Part shown: positions 1-10,883 of the stretch, one piece after another
How positions within the stretch are numbered: the first letter of the stretch is position 1
How the letters are laid out: each line of letters begins with the position of its first letter
NCBI RefSeq assembly: GCF_010671925.1
Contig: NZ_JAAHIH010000001.1
Span: 805,053-869,052, forward strand
Length of the DNA: 64,000 bases
Source of the DNA: Moorena sp. SIOASIH
GTDB lineage: Bacteria; Cyanobacteriota; Cyanobacteriia; Cyanobacteriales; Coleofasciculaceae
Direction of reading: 5' to 3'
The notes under the pieces: model-generated
Told to the model about the DNA's origin: nothing
Database searches by the model: none
Seen by the model: the letters and a program-made list of their open reading frames with translations, nothing else
Made by a program: the position numbers and the translations under genes

Positions 1-2075
1 TTGGTAATGTTGGTTTAGTGGGTACCCTCATCATTGTTACCCTCTCCACCAGTATTACCTTTTTGACGGCTCTGTCTATTTCTGCGATCGCAACTGACCG
101 CATTGTTAGGGCTGGTGGTGCGTATTACATGATTAGCCGTTCCCTAGGAATTGAAACTGGCGGTGCCGTAGGAATTCCCCTTTACTTTGCCCAAGCTCTC
201 TCAGTCGCCTTATACACTATTGGTTTTGCCGAGAGCGTAGTTCAGACCTTTCCCCACCTCAACCAGCTTTATGTAGCGCTAATTACTACTATTTTAGTGG
301 CAATACTGGCTTTGACTTCCGCTAGCCTCGCCATCCGCATTCAATACTTTATTATGGCTGCGATAGTGCTATCCCTGATTGCTCTGTTCGTCGGTAACCA
401 TGATTACCCTTATGATGTAGCTAATGTTGAGCTGTGGGTGACCTCCAAAGAATCCTTCTGGGGTGTCTTTGCTGTCTTCTTCCCTGCCGTGACCGGTATC
501 ATGGCTGGGGTGAATATGTCCGGTGATCTACGCAACCCCATCCGCGCCATTCCCATCGGTACTCTGGCAGCAGTAGGCACAGGATATGCCGTTTATATGA
601 TCGTACCAATTATTCTATCGATGCGGGTGGGGGGAGATGCCCTAATTGCCAATCCTCTGATTATGAGGCAGATGGCATTTTGGGGTCCGTCAATCCTACT
701 CGGGGTATGGGGTGCTACTCTCAGCAGTGCCTTAGGGAGTATTCTGGGTGCTCCCCGGATTTTACAGGCACTAGCTAGAGATGGGGTATTACCCCGTTGG
801 ATGCGATTTCTAGGTACGGGTAGTGGACGAGATGATGAACCACGGATTGGTACCGCTGTAACGTTGGGAATCGCTACTGCAGCAGTTTGCCTTGGTCAAT
901 TAGATATCATTGCACCAGTGCTAAGTATGTTCTTTCTGACCACCTATCTGGTGTTGAATGTAGCAGCTGCCATTGAGGGCTTTTTGCAAAGTCCTTCGTT
1001 CCGACCCTCCTTTAAAGTTAACTGGTTTCTGTCACTGTTAGGGGCATTGGGTTGCCTGATCGTAATGTTTTTGATCAATGCCTTTGCCACAGTGGCAGCA
1101 GCTGTTATTGTCTTAGGGGTTTACCTTTGGTTACAGCAGCGGGAACTGCGCACGGCTTGGGGGGATGTACGCCGGGGCATTTGGATGGCACTGTTGCGCA
1201 CTGGTATTTTTCAGATTAGTCATCACCCTGATCCCAAAAACTGGCGACCCCACATCTTGGTGCTGTCGGGAGCTCCCACTAAACGATGGTCTTTGATAGA
1301 GTTAGCCGATGCTCTGACCCATAATCGCGGTTTAGTGACCGTTTCGAGTATTTTACCCAGTAGTTCCCATAGTGTTGCTAAGCAGGCAAAGTTAGAACAA
1401 ACCATCAGTGAGTATCTGGAACGGCGTAGTGTACAAGCTCTAGTGCGCTTGGTAACAGCACCGGATCCCTTTACCGGAGCCCGGCAACTGGTGGAAACTT
1501 ACGGTATAGGACCACTAGTTCCCAATACAGTTTTACTGGGGGATAACGAAACCCTTAGCCGTCGCCAGCCTTACTGTCGCTTGATTACTCACATACACCA
1601 GGCAAAGCGTAATGTAGTGATTCTGCGGGAAAATCGGGAGCAGGGTTTCGGTAGTCGTCAACGGATTGATGTTTGGTGGGGCGGTAAGCAAGCCAATGGT
1701 AGCCTGATGTTGCTCCTTGCCTATCTATTGCGCAGTGACCTGAAGTGGCAAAATGCTGAGATTTACCTCAAGTTGGTGCTTCCTAATGAAATAGCAGCTC
1801 AAGCGGCACGGGCAAACCTAAGTAATTGGGTGAAACAGTTGCGGATTGGGGTTGTTTGTCAGGTGCTGGTTTCCGAAGGGCGTTCTTTTAATACTATTCT
1901 TCATGAGTCATCCGCTGATGCTGACTTAATCTTTATGGGTATGGCTATACCAGACGATAAGTTTACTCAATATTACGAAAGCTTACAGCTAAAAACTGCT
2001 GGTCTTCCTACCATTGTGTTTGTACTGGCTGCCCCTGGGTTTGCTTTCCATGAAGTTCTCAGTGAAGATTTGTAG
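1..2075 (+). CDS. Cation:chloride cotransporter of the SLC12/CCC family (amino-acid-permease fold plus a cytoplasmic C-terminal domain). The reading frame is open to the window start, so the 5' end probably lies outside (GTG at 18 is the first possible start).
   Basis: A 685-aa ORF with about 12 predicted TM helices (motifs ...GIETGGAVGIPLYFAQALSVALYTIGFAES...) followed by a ~250-aa soluble C-terminal domain typical of CCC transporters. There is no stop codon upstream in frame. Confidence 0.7.
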   Translation, partial: GNVGLVGTLIIVTLSTSITFLTALSISAIATDRIVRAGGAYYMISRSLGIETGGAVGIPLYFAQALSVALYTIGFAESVVQTFPHLNQLYVALITTILVAILALTSASLAIRIQYFIMAAIVLSLIALFVGNHDYPYDVANVELWVTSKESFWGVFAVFFPAVTGIMAGVNMSGDLRNPIRAIPIGTLAAVGTGYAVYMIVPIILSMRVGGDALIANPLIMRQMAFWGPSILLGVWGATLSSALGSILGAPRILQALARDGVLPRWMRFLGTGSGRDDEPRIGTAVTLGIATAAVCLGQLDIIAPVLSMFFLTTYLVLNVAAAIEGFLQSPSFRPSFKVNWFLSLLGALGCLIVMFLINAFATVAAAVIVLGVYLWLQQRELRTAWGDVRRGIWMALLRTGIFQISHHPDPKNWRPHILVLSGAPTKRWSLIELADALTHNRGLVTVSSILPSSSHSVAKQAKLEQTISEYLERRSVQALVRLVTAPDPFTGARQLVETYGIGPLVPNTVLLGDNETLSRRQPYCRLITHIHQAKRNVVILRENREQGFGSRQRIDVWWGGKQANGSLMLLLAYLLRSDLKWQNAEIYLKLVLPNEIAAQAARANLSNWVKQLRIGVVCQVLVSEGRSFNTILHESSADADLIFMGMAIPDDKFTQYYESLQLKTAGLPTIVFVLAAPGFAFHEVLSEDL

Positions 2076-2165
2076 TATACCAACAGCAATTGAAAATTGT
2101 TAATTGCCAATTGACTATTACTATCAAGTCCGATTAATCACTGCTCAAATATTATCGGAATTTTT

Positions 2166-2224
2166 GGTAATAGATAAGGGATAATTGGTAATCGCCAACT
2201 ACCAATTATCCCTTATCTATTACC
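2166..2224. terminator. Perfect ~25-bp-stem inverted repeat (GGTAATAGATAAGGGATAATTGGTA ... TACCAATTATCCCTTATCTATTACC) between convergent genes; likely a bidirectional terminator hairpin.
   Basis: Palindrome read directly in the sequence. It lies between the stop at 2075 (+) and the stop at 2265 (-) and is followed by a (TATTACC)x3 array. Confidence 0.5.
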
Positions 2225-2264
2225 TATTACCTATTACCCAATCAAGTTCAGGAATTGGCAATGC

Positions 2265-2714
2265 TTAATTTTTGGGTGGCAGTTTAACAATACTTAGCCA
2301 GAAGTTTTCAATTGACTTCAATACTTTAAGAAACTGCTCTAATTCAAGGGGCTTAGTGACGTAGGCATTGGCGTTTAGCTTGTAGCTTGTGAGGATGTCC
2401 TGGTCAGAATCTGAGCTGGTGAGAATAATCACGGGAATCAGACTCAAGTTTGGGTCTGATTTGATCTGTGCTAACACTTCACGACCATCCATCACTGGTA
2501 GATTCAAATCCAGCAAAATTACGTCGGGACGGGGTGCCTTAGTATAAGGGGACTCTCGACGTAGAAATGCCATAGCTTCCTTACCATTGGTAAACGTCTG
2601 GATATTGTTGCGAATATTGCTATTTTGTAAAGTAGCTTTGGTCAGATCTAAGTCACCAGGATTGTCTTCCACTAGCAATATTTCAATCCGCTGACTAGCA
2701 TTTCTATAGTTCAT
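2265..2714 (-). CDS. Single-domain CheY-like response regulator (receiver only).
   Basis: 149 aa with LLVEDNPGD...D(phospho-acceptor)VILLDLNLPVMDG...TSS...KP receiver motifs and no output domain. Confidence 0.85.
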   Translation of the reverse strand: MNYRNASQRIEILLVEDNPGDLDLTKATLQNSNIRNNIQTFTNGKEAMAFLRRESPYTKAPRPDVILLDLNLPVMDGREVLAQIKSDPNLSLIPVIILTSSDSDQDILTSYKLNANAYVTKPLELEQFLKVLKSIENFWLSIVKLPPKN

Positions 2715-3317
2715 AATTACTAAAAAAAAGTTTTTTATGTTGAGATTAAATTAATCAAACTTCCTGGAGTTTAGACTTGATTTATTTTAAAATTAATACC
2801 ACATAGACTTATCGATACTAATTGGGTCGTTATCAGGTTTAATCGTTACTAATAATACCCTTCGTTATTATCGATTAACCATTACAAAATTTTAGAATTA
2901 ATATGTGTAATTTTTTTATAAAATTGCTAGTATTGCCTAATAATTGCGAATATATTCAATATTTTTAATCCTAAATTAATAAGTATTGGTTCAAAAAAGC
3001 TTAGCTGATTAAGGATAAGATAAAAATGCTCTCCACTTAAAGATGGGAGAGTCGATGGTAAATGATAAACGGTGATGGCTATAAAATTGGTATAATTACC
3101 CATTAATCATTACCCATGACCTATTATCCTTTATCCGTAAGGATCACCCTTTAAGGGATTAGCAGTTAACCAGATAGTTTTTATCCTCCCCTCCGGATTT
3201 TGGACAAGTCTTAAAACTATCTATTGACTTTGGGTAATAATCTATCCATCACTACCTATAAATGTAGAAAAATTATGATGAAATTATAGATAGTATTTAT
3301 ACGGATTTTTTTTAGCT

Positions 3318-5336
3318 GTGCCAGAAGCGTCTAAGATGCTATTTAACCTCGAAGCCCCTTTTCAACCAACAGGGGATCAACCCCAAGCTATTTCCCAACT
3401 CACCACTTACCTCAAGGCTGGCAACCGTATCCAAACTCTACTGGGTGCTACAGGAACAGGCAAGACTTTCTCCGTGGCATCGGTAATTGAAAAAGTCGGC
3501 AAACCTACCCTAGTACTTGCCCACAACAAAACCTTGGCTGCCCAGTTATGTAACGAATTGCGGGGGTTTTTTCCCGATAACGCGGTGGAGTATTTCATTT
3601 CCTACTATGATTACTACCAGCCGGAAGCTTATATCCCGGTCACTGACACGTACATCGAGAAAACCGCGTCAATTAATGATGAAATTGATATGCTGAGGCA
3701 CTCAGCTACGCGATCGCTTTTTGAACGGCGGGATGTAATTGTGGTGGCTTCCATTAGCTGTATCTATGGCTTGGGTATCCCCTCAGAATACTTAAAAGCC
3801 TCGATTCCTCTGCGGGTGAATACCGAAGTTGACCAACGCCAACTCTTACGGGATTTAGTCTCAGTACAGTATTCCCGGAATGATTTAGACTTGGGACGCG
3901 GAAGGTTCCGTCTGAAGGGGGATGTTTTAGAAATTGGTCCGGCTTATGAAGACCGAATTATTCGGGTAGAATTCTTCGGAGATGAAATTGATGCTATTCA
4001 CTACGTTGACCCAGTTACGGGTGGGATTTGCCAAAGTGTAGAGGGAGTAAATATTTACCCTGCTCGTCACTTTGTTACTCCCGATGAACGGTTGGAAGAA
4101 GCTTGTAACGCTATTAAGGCAGAACTTGAGGAACGTTTGGCTCAATTGCAGCAAGCTGGGAACTTGCTAGAAGCGCAACGGTTGGAACAGCGTACCCGCT
4201 ATGATTTGGAAATGTTGCTCGAAATTGGTTACTGCAATGGTGTGGAAAACTATTCTCGTCACTTGGCTGGACGCCAGCTTGGGGAACCACCAGAGTGTTT
4301 GATAGATTATTTTCCCGAAGATTGGCTTTTGGTAGTGGATGAATCCCATGTTACGGTGCCGCAAATTCGGGGAATGTACAATGGCGATCGCGCTCGAAAG
4401 CAAGTGTTGATTGACCATGGCTTTCGCTTACCCAGTGCAGCAGATAATCGACCCCTGAAGGCAGAGGAATTCTGGGCAAAGGTGAATCAGTGTATTTTTG
4501 TCTCTGCTACTCCTGGGGATTGGGAGATGGAAGAATCTCAAGGACGAGTCGTGGAACAGATCATTCGTCCTACCGGAGTGCTTGACCCAGAAATCTTTGT
4601 TCGTCCTACAGCAGGTCAAGTAGATGATTTGTTGGCTGAGATTAAGCAGCGGGTGGATTGTCAGGAAAGGGTGCTGATAACAACCTTAACCAAGCGCATG
4701 GCTGAGGATTTGACAGACTATCTGCAAGAACGGGATATTCGGGTAAGCTACTTACACTCGGATATTAACTCTATTGAACGGATTGAAATCTTGCAGGCGT
4801 TGCGCCAGGGTGAATTTGATGTATTGGTTGGGGTTAACTTGTTGCGAGAAGGGTTAGATTTGCCGGAAGTCTCTCTGGTAGCAATTTTGGATGCGGATAA
4901 GGAAGGGTTCCTCAGGGCAGAGCGATCGCTTATTCAAACTATAGGCAGAGCAGCACGTCATGTCCGAGGGCAAGCCATTATGTATGCTGATACCCTTACA
5001 AAAAGCATGAGAAAAGCGATTGATGAGACTAATCGCCGTCGTAAGATTCAAATTGAATATAATATCAAAAATAACATTGTACCACAGCCGATTCGCAAAA
5101 CCGCCAACAATCCGATTTTGACATTTTTGGATGTCTCCCGACGGTTGAATTCCCAACAGTTGGAAGCGGTGTTTGAACAGGTGGATGATGTACCTTTGGA
5201 GAAGATTCCGGAGTTGATTAATCAGTTAGAAGAACAGATGAAGGAAGCAGCAAAGACCTTGGAATTTGAAACGGCAGCCAAGTTACGCGATCGCATTAAG
5301 CAGCTGCGGGATCAACTGCTAGGTAATCGAAGTTAA
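3318..5336 (+). CDS. uvrB: Excinuclease ABC subunit B (UvrB).
   Basis: Walker [10 protein letters not shown], the beta-hairpin region and helicase motifs are present. The C-terminal UVR domain ([14 protein letters not shown]) is also present. Length 672 aa. Confidence 0.95.
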   Translation: MPEASKMLFNLEAPFQPTGDQPQAISQLTTYLKAGNRIQTLLGATGTGKTFSVASVIEKVGKPTLVLAHNKTLAAQLCNELRGFFPDNAVEYFISYYDYYQPEAYIPVTDTYIEKTASINDEIDMLRHSATRSLFERRDVIVVASISCIYGLGIPSEYLKASIPLRVNTEVDQRQLLRDLVSVQYSRNDLDLGRGRFRLKGDVLEIGPAYEDRIIRVEFFGDEIDAIHYVDPVTGGICQSVEGVNIYPARHFVTPDERLEEACNAIKAELEERLAQLQQAGNLLEAQRLEQRTRYDLEMLLEIGYCNGVENYSRHLAGRQLGEPPECLIDYFPEDWLLVVDESHVTVPQIRGMYNGDRARKQVLIDHGFRLPSAADNRPLKAEEFWAKVNQCIFVSATPGDWEMEESQGRVVEQIIRPTGVLDPEIFVRPTAGQVDDLLAEIKQRVDCQERVLITTLTKRMAEDLTDYLQERDIRVSYLHSDINSIERIEILQALRQGEFDVLVGVNLLREGLDLPEVSLVAILDADKEGFLRAERSLIQTIGRAARHVRGQAIMYADTLTKSMRKAIDETNRRRKIQIEYNIKNNIVPQPIRKTANNPILTFLDVSRRLNSQQLEAVFEQVDDVPLEKIPELINQLEEQMKEAAKTLEFETAAKLRDRIKQLRDQLLGNRS

Positions 5337-5774
5337 ATAAGATTTTTTAGACTAACAGGAGTTGGAGTAATTATTGGTTTAGGGCTATTGAGGCAAGCAG
5401 ACACGCCCTAGAGTATGGGTTTACACTCAATTATATATAGTTTAATATGTAAAGTCAAGTATGTAAAGTTTTGTAACAAAAACCAAAACTCTGCATAAAA
5501 GGGAGGCATTAGCCCTGATTAATACATAGTTTAAAGGAAACTGACATGCTCGATATTTCCCAAAGATTAAACTAAGTGTCCTCATCCCAAAGCGGATTTC
5601 TCCCAAAGAATGAAGCGGTGCGACCCCGGTCGGCTTTCCCGACAAGCGTGAACGCGCACCAAGAGAGCAGTAGAGCTTTGATACCAAACCCGCTCTAGTC
5701 ACTCCCGTTCAATCTAGGTCTACTTTGTTGAAAAGGGTGTATTCGACCCAGATTCCCTATAAATTCCATAACTT

Positions 5775-8700
5775 ATGAGACTAACATTGAGCTGTCTTAA
5801 CCTGTTGACCAAGATCATCGGTAAGGGAAAATGGGCAGCAAGTAAGTTTTTCCTGCTTGTTTGTTCTTCAACCTATTTGACCTGTTGCCCGTTGCCAACC
5901 CCTGTGCAGGCGCAACCGATAGTTGAAGCCAACGATGGTACTGGTACTGTTGTCAACCCTGAGGGTAACCAATTCAACATTGATGGCGGTAAGCTGTCGG
6001 GAGATGGTGCGAATCTCTTTCACAGCTTCCAGAAATTTGGTCTGAGTGAAGGTCAGATTGCCAACTTTCTCTCTAATCCTAATATCGAAAATATCCTAGG
6101 GCGAGTCACTGGTGGTGATGCTTCTGTAATTAATGGCTTAATCCAGGTTACAGGGGGTAATTCCAATTTATTCCTGATCAACCCCGCCGGGATTGTCTTT
6201 GGTGCTGGTGCCAGCATCGATTTACCTGCTTCTTTTACCGCCACCACCGCTACTGGTATTGGTTTTGATGGCGAGTGGTTTAACGCCTTTGGTAGCAATG
6301 ACTATGCTTCTTTGGTAGGCAAGCCCAATACTTTTGATTTTGCTGTTTCCCAACCAGGTGGGATCATCAATTTAGCGGATTTAGCAGTTAAAGAGGGGCA
6401 GAATTTAACCTTAGTAGGTGGTACTGTGATCAGTAATGGCACTCTTACTGCCCCTGGTGGTCAAGTTACTATTGAGGCTGTGCCTGGAAAAAATTTACTC
6501 CGTATTTCCCAGCGAGGTAATATTCTGAGTTTAGAAGTTTCCCCCTCTGCCACTGTTCCCTTCACTCCCCTTTCCCTACCGGAACTGCTGACAGTTGGCG
6601 GCGGTGATGCTACAGCAATTGAGGTAAATCGTGATGGTACCGTACAACTGATCGGTTCTGGTATCCAGGTCGAAGATGGCGATGTGGTGGTGCAGGATAT
6701 CAGTGCTGGTCAGCAAGTAGTTATTGAAGCAGAAGGTAATATTCGGACAGCATCAATTACTTCCGATGGTGGAAGAATTTTCCTCAATAGTAGACAAGGA
6801 GAGATTGATACTAGTAGTGGCACACTGGATTCAACGGCGGTAAGTGGTGATAGTGGAAATATTGACCTGAAAGCAGAAGGTAATATCACTACCGGGAGTC
6901 TCAATGCTTCCAGTAATAATGGTAATGGTGGTGATATTACTGCTGTTAGCGATAGAGGAAGTATTGATACTAGTGCTGGGGTAGTTGATTCTTCCTCTGT
7001 GGAAGGTAAAGGAGGAGAGGTTCAATTATTCGCTACCGAGGGAAGTATTAATGCTGGTGATATAAATGCTGCTAGTAGTAATGGTGAGAGTGGCAATGTT
7101 ACTCTTGTTGCTGGTAGTGACATCAATACAGAAAATGTTACTGGTGGGGAGATTAGTATCATCAGTAGCACGGGTGCTGGAATAGATACTAGTGCTGGTA
7201 AGGAAAAAGATACTTCTACTATTACTTCCATTCTAGGTTTCGGAAAGCAGAATTTCACTACAACAAGTTCAGACTCTCTAGTCTCACAGCCACCTGAACC
7301 TCCACCTTTGGTGGCTATAGAGCCACCCACGATTGAACCTCCTTCAGTCATCGACCCAAAGCCATTACCACCGCTACCACCAGAACCACAGTTAGATAGT
7401 CAACCACTACCACCACCACAACCTCCAACAACAGTAATTCTTGAACCTGTAAATCCTGTAAATCCTTCAAATCCTTCCCCAACAACACCATCAGGAAGGT
7501 CAGACAATCAAAACTCTGCCTTGCCAACCCAGGTTAATCGATCAGATTTGGCGGTCAATCAGAGCAAGAGGTCAAACAAGACTCAAGCAATGGAACTAGA
7601 ACGACTGACAATCCTGGTACTGGAAATTCGAGAGTGTCTGGCAGAAGAACAATTACTCATAAATTCTCAAGGATTTTCATTACAAGTTGCTGCAAAAGAT
7701 TACAATAAAGCGGCCGAATGCTATCATAAAAACTTAGAATTTGCACGAAAATTTGGCGATAAATTGCGAGAAGCAAAAGCTTTACATAACCTCGGAGTAA
7801 CTCACTATATTTTGGGAGACTATGGCAAAGCTATAGACTATCATAAGCAGCATTTTAATCTTGCCCAATCAGACCCAAACTTAAGAAGAAAACCACAAGC
7901 TTTTAGTGGTTTAGGAGCCGCTTATGGCGCAATAGGAAACTATGACAAAGCTATTGAATACTATAAACAGGGTCTAGAACTAGTAAACTCAACCAATGAT
8001 TCTGAGATGGAAAGGAATATAGTAAGCAATCTCGGATTGGCTTACTACGCTAAGAAGCAATATACCAAAGCACTTGAATACAAAGAAAAAAGTTTAGCGA
8101 TCGCTAAAACATCCGATAACCTACCTGGAAAGGCAAGAGCATTATCTAATTTGAGCTTGCTGTACTATACCCTGACCAACTATAACCAAGCAATTGAATA
8201 CTCTCAGCAGAGTTTAGCGATCGCACAAAAACTGCAAGATAACTATGGAGAGTTAGTAGCCCTAGAAAATTTGGGAATAATTTACTATGCTCTAGAAGAC
8301 TACAACCAAGCAGTAAACTACCAACGCCAAAGTTTAAAAATTGCCAAGCAACTAGGTGATCGCCACGCCAAGGGACGAGCTTTAAGCAACTTAGGTGATG
8401 CTCTCTACAAAGCCGGAAATCCTCAAGAAGCAAATGAGGCTCTATTTGCTGCCATTGAAATTTGGGAGTCTTTGCGGTCAAACTTAGGCAGCAATGACCT
8501 TGAGAGAGTATCAATATTTGAAACTCATCAAACAACTTATAGCGCTTTACAAGAGTATTTAGTAGAACGAAAACAATTCAATCAAGCCCTAGAAATTACT
8601 GAAAGAGGAAGAGCAAGAGCTTTTGTTGAACTATTAGCAAGAGGTTTATCAGAGTCTGAACCAAACCTCAAAACTAATAAACCGATTGCCCCTCCGAACA

Positions 8701-9821
8701 TCAAACAAATTAAAAAAATTACCGAAGAACAAAACTCGACAATAGTTTTATACTCTCTTATCAAAGAAGTTGTCGAAGCCGAAGGTGTGCGGCAACTTCA
8801 AGACAAAGAGCTTTACATTTGGGTAATTAAACCTACAGGTAAAATCGCTTTTAGTCAGGTTAATTTAACTAATCTGGAGACATCTCTTGACAAATTGGTT
8901 CGTATCACTCGTAAATCGATTTTTTTCAGAAGAAGCCCAGCCCTAGTTGATTTAGTTCCCAGAGAAAGATTGACTAAAACAGAGAGAGCTGGTCAAACTG
9001 AACGATTAAAACAACTGCATCAACTGCTCATTGAACCAATTGCCGAACTCTTACCTACTAATCCGGAAGCTCGTGTTACCTTTATTCCCCACGAATCTTT
9101 GTTTCTAGTACCTTTCCCAGCACTACAAGACGCTTCTGGTCAATACCTGATCGAAAAACATACTATGCTCACTGCTCCCTCGATTCAGGTGCTGGATTTA
9201 ACTAACCAGCAACGGCAACTGGTTTCTGGAGAAGAGATGCTAGTAATTGGTAATCCCACTATGCCTCAAGGTTTGCCCCCTCTTCCTGGAACAGAAACAG
9301 AAGCGCTAGCGATCGCTGAGATGTTCAATACTCAAGCCCTGATTGGCAATCAAGCCACCAAGAAAGCAGTAGTTGAGCAAATGCCAAGGGCAAAGATCAT
9401 ACATCTAGCTACTCACGGCTTACTGAATGACTTCCAGAGATTAGGTTTACCAGGAGCGATCGCCCTTGCTCCGACTAAAACAGATAAAGGTTTTCTCAGC
9501 GCCAGTGAAATACTCGACTTCAAGCTTAGAGCTGAGTTAGTAGTTTTAAGCGCTTGCAACACTGGTAGCGGTAGAGTTACCAGTGATGGCGTGATTGGAT
9601 TATCCCGTTCTTTAGTTGCTGCTGGTGTACCCAGTGTGGTTGTTTCTCTCTGGAAAGTACCTGATGACTCCACAGCTGACCTGATGATTGAATTCTATCG
9701 CCAGCTACAACAAACACCTGACAAAGCAGTTGCTCTGCGTCAAGCCATGCTTACGACTCTTAAACAGTACCCAAATCCAGTGGAATGGGCGGCTTTTACC
9801 CTGATTGGGGAAGCGGAGTAA
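5775..9821 (+). CDS. Large secreted multidomain protein. It has a signal peptide, an N-terminal TPS/filamentous-haemagglutinin secretion domain, a beta-helix repeat region, a Pro-rich linker, about 12 TPR repeats, and a C-terminal CHAT (caspase-like) protease domain.
   Basis: N-terminal haemagglutination-activity-domain motifs ([12 protein letters not shown]...[14 protein letters not shown]...[30 protein letters not shown]). Repeated ~20-aa G-N-I beta-helix units. A PPEPPPL...PLPPPQPP linker. TPR consensus repeats (AxxxYxxAL..). A CHAT His/Cys dyad (HLATHG ... LSACNTGSG) at the C-terminus. Confidence 0.8.
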   Translation: MRLTLSCLNLLTKIIGKGKWAASKFFLLVCSSTYLTCCPLPTPVQAQPIVEANDGTGTVVNPEGNQFNIDGGKLSGDGANLFHSFQKFGLSEGQIANFLSNPNIENILGRVTGGDASVINGLIQVTGGNSNLFLINPAGIVFGAGASIDLPASFTATTATGIGFDGEWFNAFGSNDYASLVGKPNTFDFAVSQPGGIINLADLAVKEGQNLTLVGGTVISNGTLTAPGGQVTIEAVPGKNLLRISQRGNILSLEVSPSATVPFTPLSLPELLTVGGGDATAIEVNRDGTVQLIGSGIQVEDGDVVVQDISAGQQVVIEAEGNIRTASITSDGGRIFLNSRQGEIDTSSGTLDSTAVSGDSGNIDLKAEGNITTGSLNASSNNGNGGDITAVSDRGSIDTSAGVVDSSSVEGKGGEVQLFATEGSINAGDINAASSNGESGNVTLVAGSDINTENVTGGEISIISSTGAGIDTSAGKEKDTSTITSILGFGKQNFTTTSSDSLVSQPPEPPPLVAIEPPTIEPPSVIDPKPLPPLPPEPQLDSQPLPPPQPPTTVILEPVNPVNPSNPSPTTPSGRSDNQNSALPTQVNRSDLAVNQSKRSNKTQAMELERLTILVLEIRECLAEEQLLINSQGFSLQVAAKDYNKAAECYHKNLEFARKFGDKLREAKALHNLGVTHYILGDYGKAIDYHKQHFNLAQSDPNLRRKPQAFSGLGAAYGAIGNYDKAIEYYKQGLELVNSTNDSEMERNIVSNLGLAYYAKKQYTKALEYKEKSLAIAKTSDNLPGKARALSNLSLLYYTLTNYNQAIEYSQQSLAIAQKLQDNYGELVALENLGIIYYALEDYNQAVNYQRQSLKIAKQLGDRHAKGRALSNLGDALYKAGNPQEANEALFAAIEIWESLRSNLGSNDLERVSIFETHQTTYSALQEYLVERKQFNQALEITERGRARAFVELLARGLSESEPNLKTNKPIAPPNIKQIKKITEEQNSTIVLYSLIKEVVEAEGVRQLQDKELYIWVIKPTGKIAFSQVNLTNLETSLDKLVRITRKSIFFRRSPALVDLVPRERLTKTERAGQTERLKQLHQLLIEPIAELLPTNPEARVTFIPHESLFLVPFPALQDASGQYLIEKHTMLTAPSIQVLDLTNQQRQLVSGEEMLVIGNPTMPQGLPPLPGTETEALAIAEMFNTQALIGNQATKKAVVEQMPRAKIIHLATHGLLNDFQRLGLPGAIALAPTKTDKGFLSASEILDFKLRAELVVLSACNTGSGRVTSDGVIGLSRSLVAAGVPSVVVSLWKVPDDSTADLMIEFYRQLQQTPDKAVALRQAMLTTLKQYPNPVEWAAFTLIGEAE

Positions 9822-9890
9822 TCAAGGAGTTGCAGGAGTTCAGAATCACAGAGTTTTGGATTACTATAGTTCCCTAAGGGTGATAAATCT

Positions 9891-10388
9891 TTGCACAATA
9901 ATAAACCGATGAACACTGAGCTCCAATTTCCTTGGCAACAAGACCCAGTAATTCGCCAGAGCGAACGTCTAATCAATAGCTTTCATCATTGGACAGGGCG
10001 TTCTCTAATCGATACCAGTGGCTCACCTATCGAAATTGCACAGGCACTATTTGAAGCTCCCTTTGCCGTCCTCTCTCACAACACTGAATCAGACCCCATT
10101 TACAACTATGGCAATCGGAAAGCTTTGGAATTGTGGGAAATGGATTGGAACCAATTTACCCGAATGCCTTCGAAATATTCAGCTGAGCCGATGGAAAGGG
10201 AGGAGCGCTTACGCCTGCTTAACCAAGTGACAACCCAGGGCTATATTAGCAACTATCAAGGTGTCCGCATTTCTAGCACTGGTAAACGGTTCCAGATTTC
10301 AGATGTTATCGTCTGGAATCTCATTGATGAGGAAAATAAATATTGTGGTCAAGGGGCTACGTTTTCCCAGTGGATACCGATTAATTGA
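9891..10388 (+). CDS. Small PAS-like protein, possibly a MEKHLA-domain protein.
   Basis: 165 aa of the size and type of stand-alone cyanobacterial MEKHLA proteins. It contains a PMEREERL segment resembling the eponymous motif. I cannot confirm without a profile search. Confidence 0.4.
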   Translation: MHNNKPMNTELQFPWQQDPVIRQSERLINSFHHWTGRSLIDTSGSPIEIAQALFEAPFAVLSHNTESDPIYNYGNRKALELWEMDWNQFTRMPSKYSAEPMEREERLRLLNQVTTQGYISNYQGVRISSTGKRFQISDVIVWNLIDEENKYCGQGATFSQWIPIN

Positions 10389-10523
10389 CGATGTCGCGCA
10401 CTTAAATTGTCTATTTTTTGTCTATTTTTGAGTAAGCGGTAAAAACTCCAACGCCCTCTCCCTTGCTCGTTAGCACCCATAGTTTTCGAGCAGGGGGGCA
10501 GATAGAGAAATAATTTTTAGCAT

Positions 10524-10603
10524 TAATAGTGCTAATTTATAGTGCTAATTTATAGTGCTAATTCATAGTGCTAATTCATAGTGCTAATTCATAGTGCTAA
10601 TGT
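10524..10603. repeat. Tandem 13-nt repeats (AGTGCTAATT[T/C]AT) x6.
   Basis: Read directly. An 18-nt perfect palindrome GCTGACAGCTGTCAGC follows. Confidence 0.9.
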
Positions 10604-10883
10604 AAGCTGACAGCTGTCAGCTTAAAACAAACCTCGTTCGCGTAGCTTGCCCATCGCCCATTAGCTGATAGCTTACGTGCTAATTCAGATTAGATGCCTC
10701 ACAGGTTACTTGCCCTTCTTGCAGTATCTTCCCCCACTTCCCGTCTCTTCCCCATCTCCATAAATCATCCCGCTACAATTACAACGCCGTTATTTGGGTC
10801 GGACTAGTCGGGAACTCTATATGTAACTGGTATATCTAACTGGCCTCACAGAAGTCCATGTTGTTCAATGAGTCTAACCCTAA

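Noticed and set aside
2715-3317. Possible LexA/SOS box upstream of uvrB
   Set aside because: No cyanobacterial LexA-like palindrome (RGTAC-N3-DGTWCB) was evident in the 600-bp divergent promoter region, only AT-rich sequence with TATAAT-like hexamers.
3407-5156. Minus-strand ORFs inside uvrB (3407-3598, 3927-4154, 4167-4418, 4428-4619, 4854-5156)
   Set aside because: They are antisense to a strongly supported gene, have no recognisable domains, and are typical spurious ORFs. The same reasoning applies to antisense ORFs inside the kinases, thiC, ftsH, the intron RT and the GH55-like gene.
10018-10230. 70-aa ORF overlapping the PAS-like gene in another frame
   Set aside because: It is fully nested in a better-supported ORF and has no features of its own.
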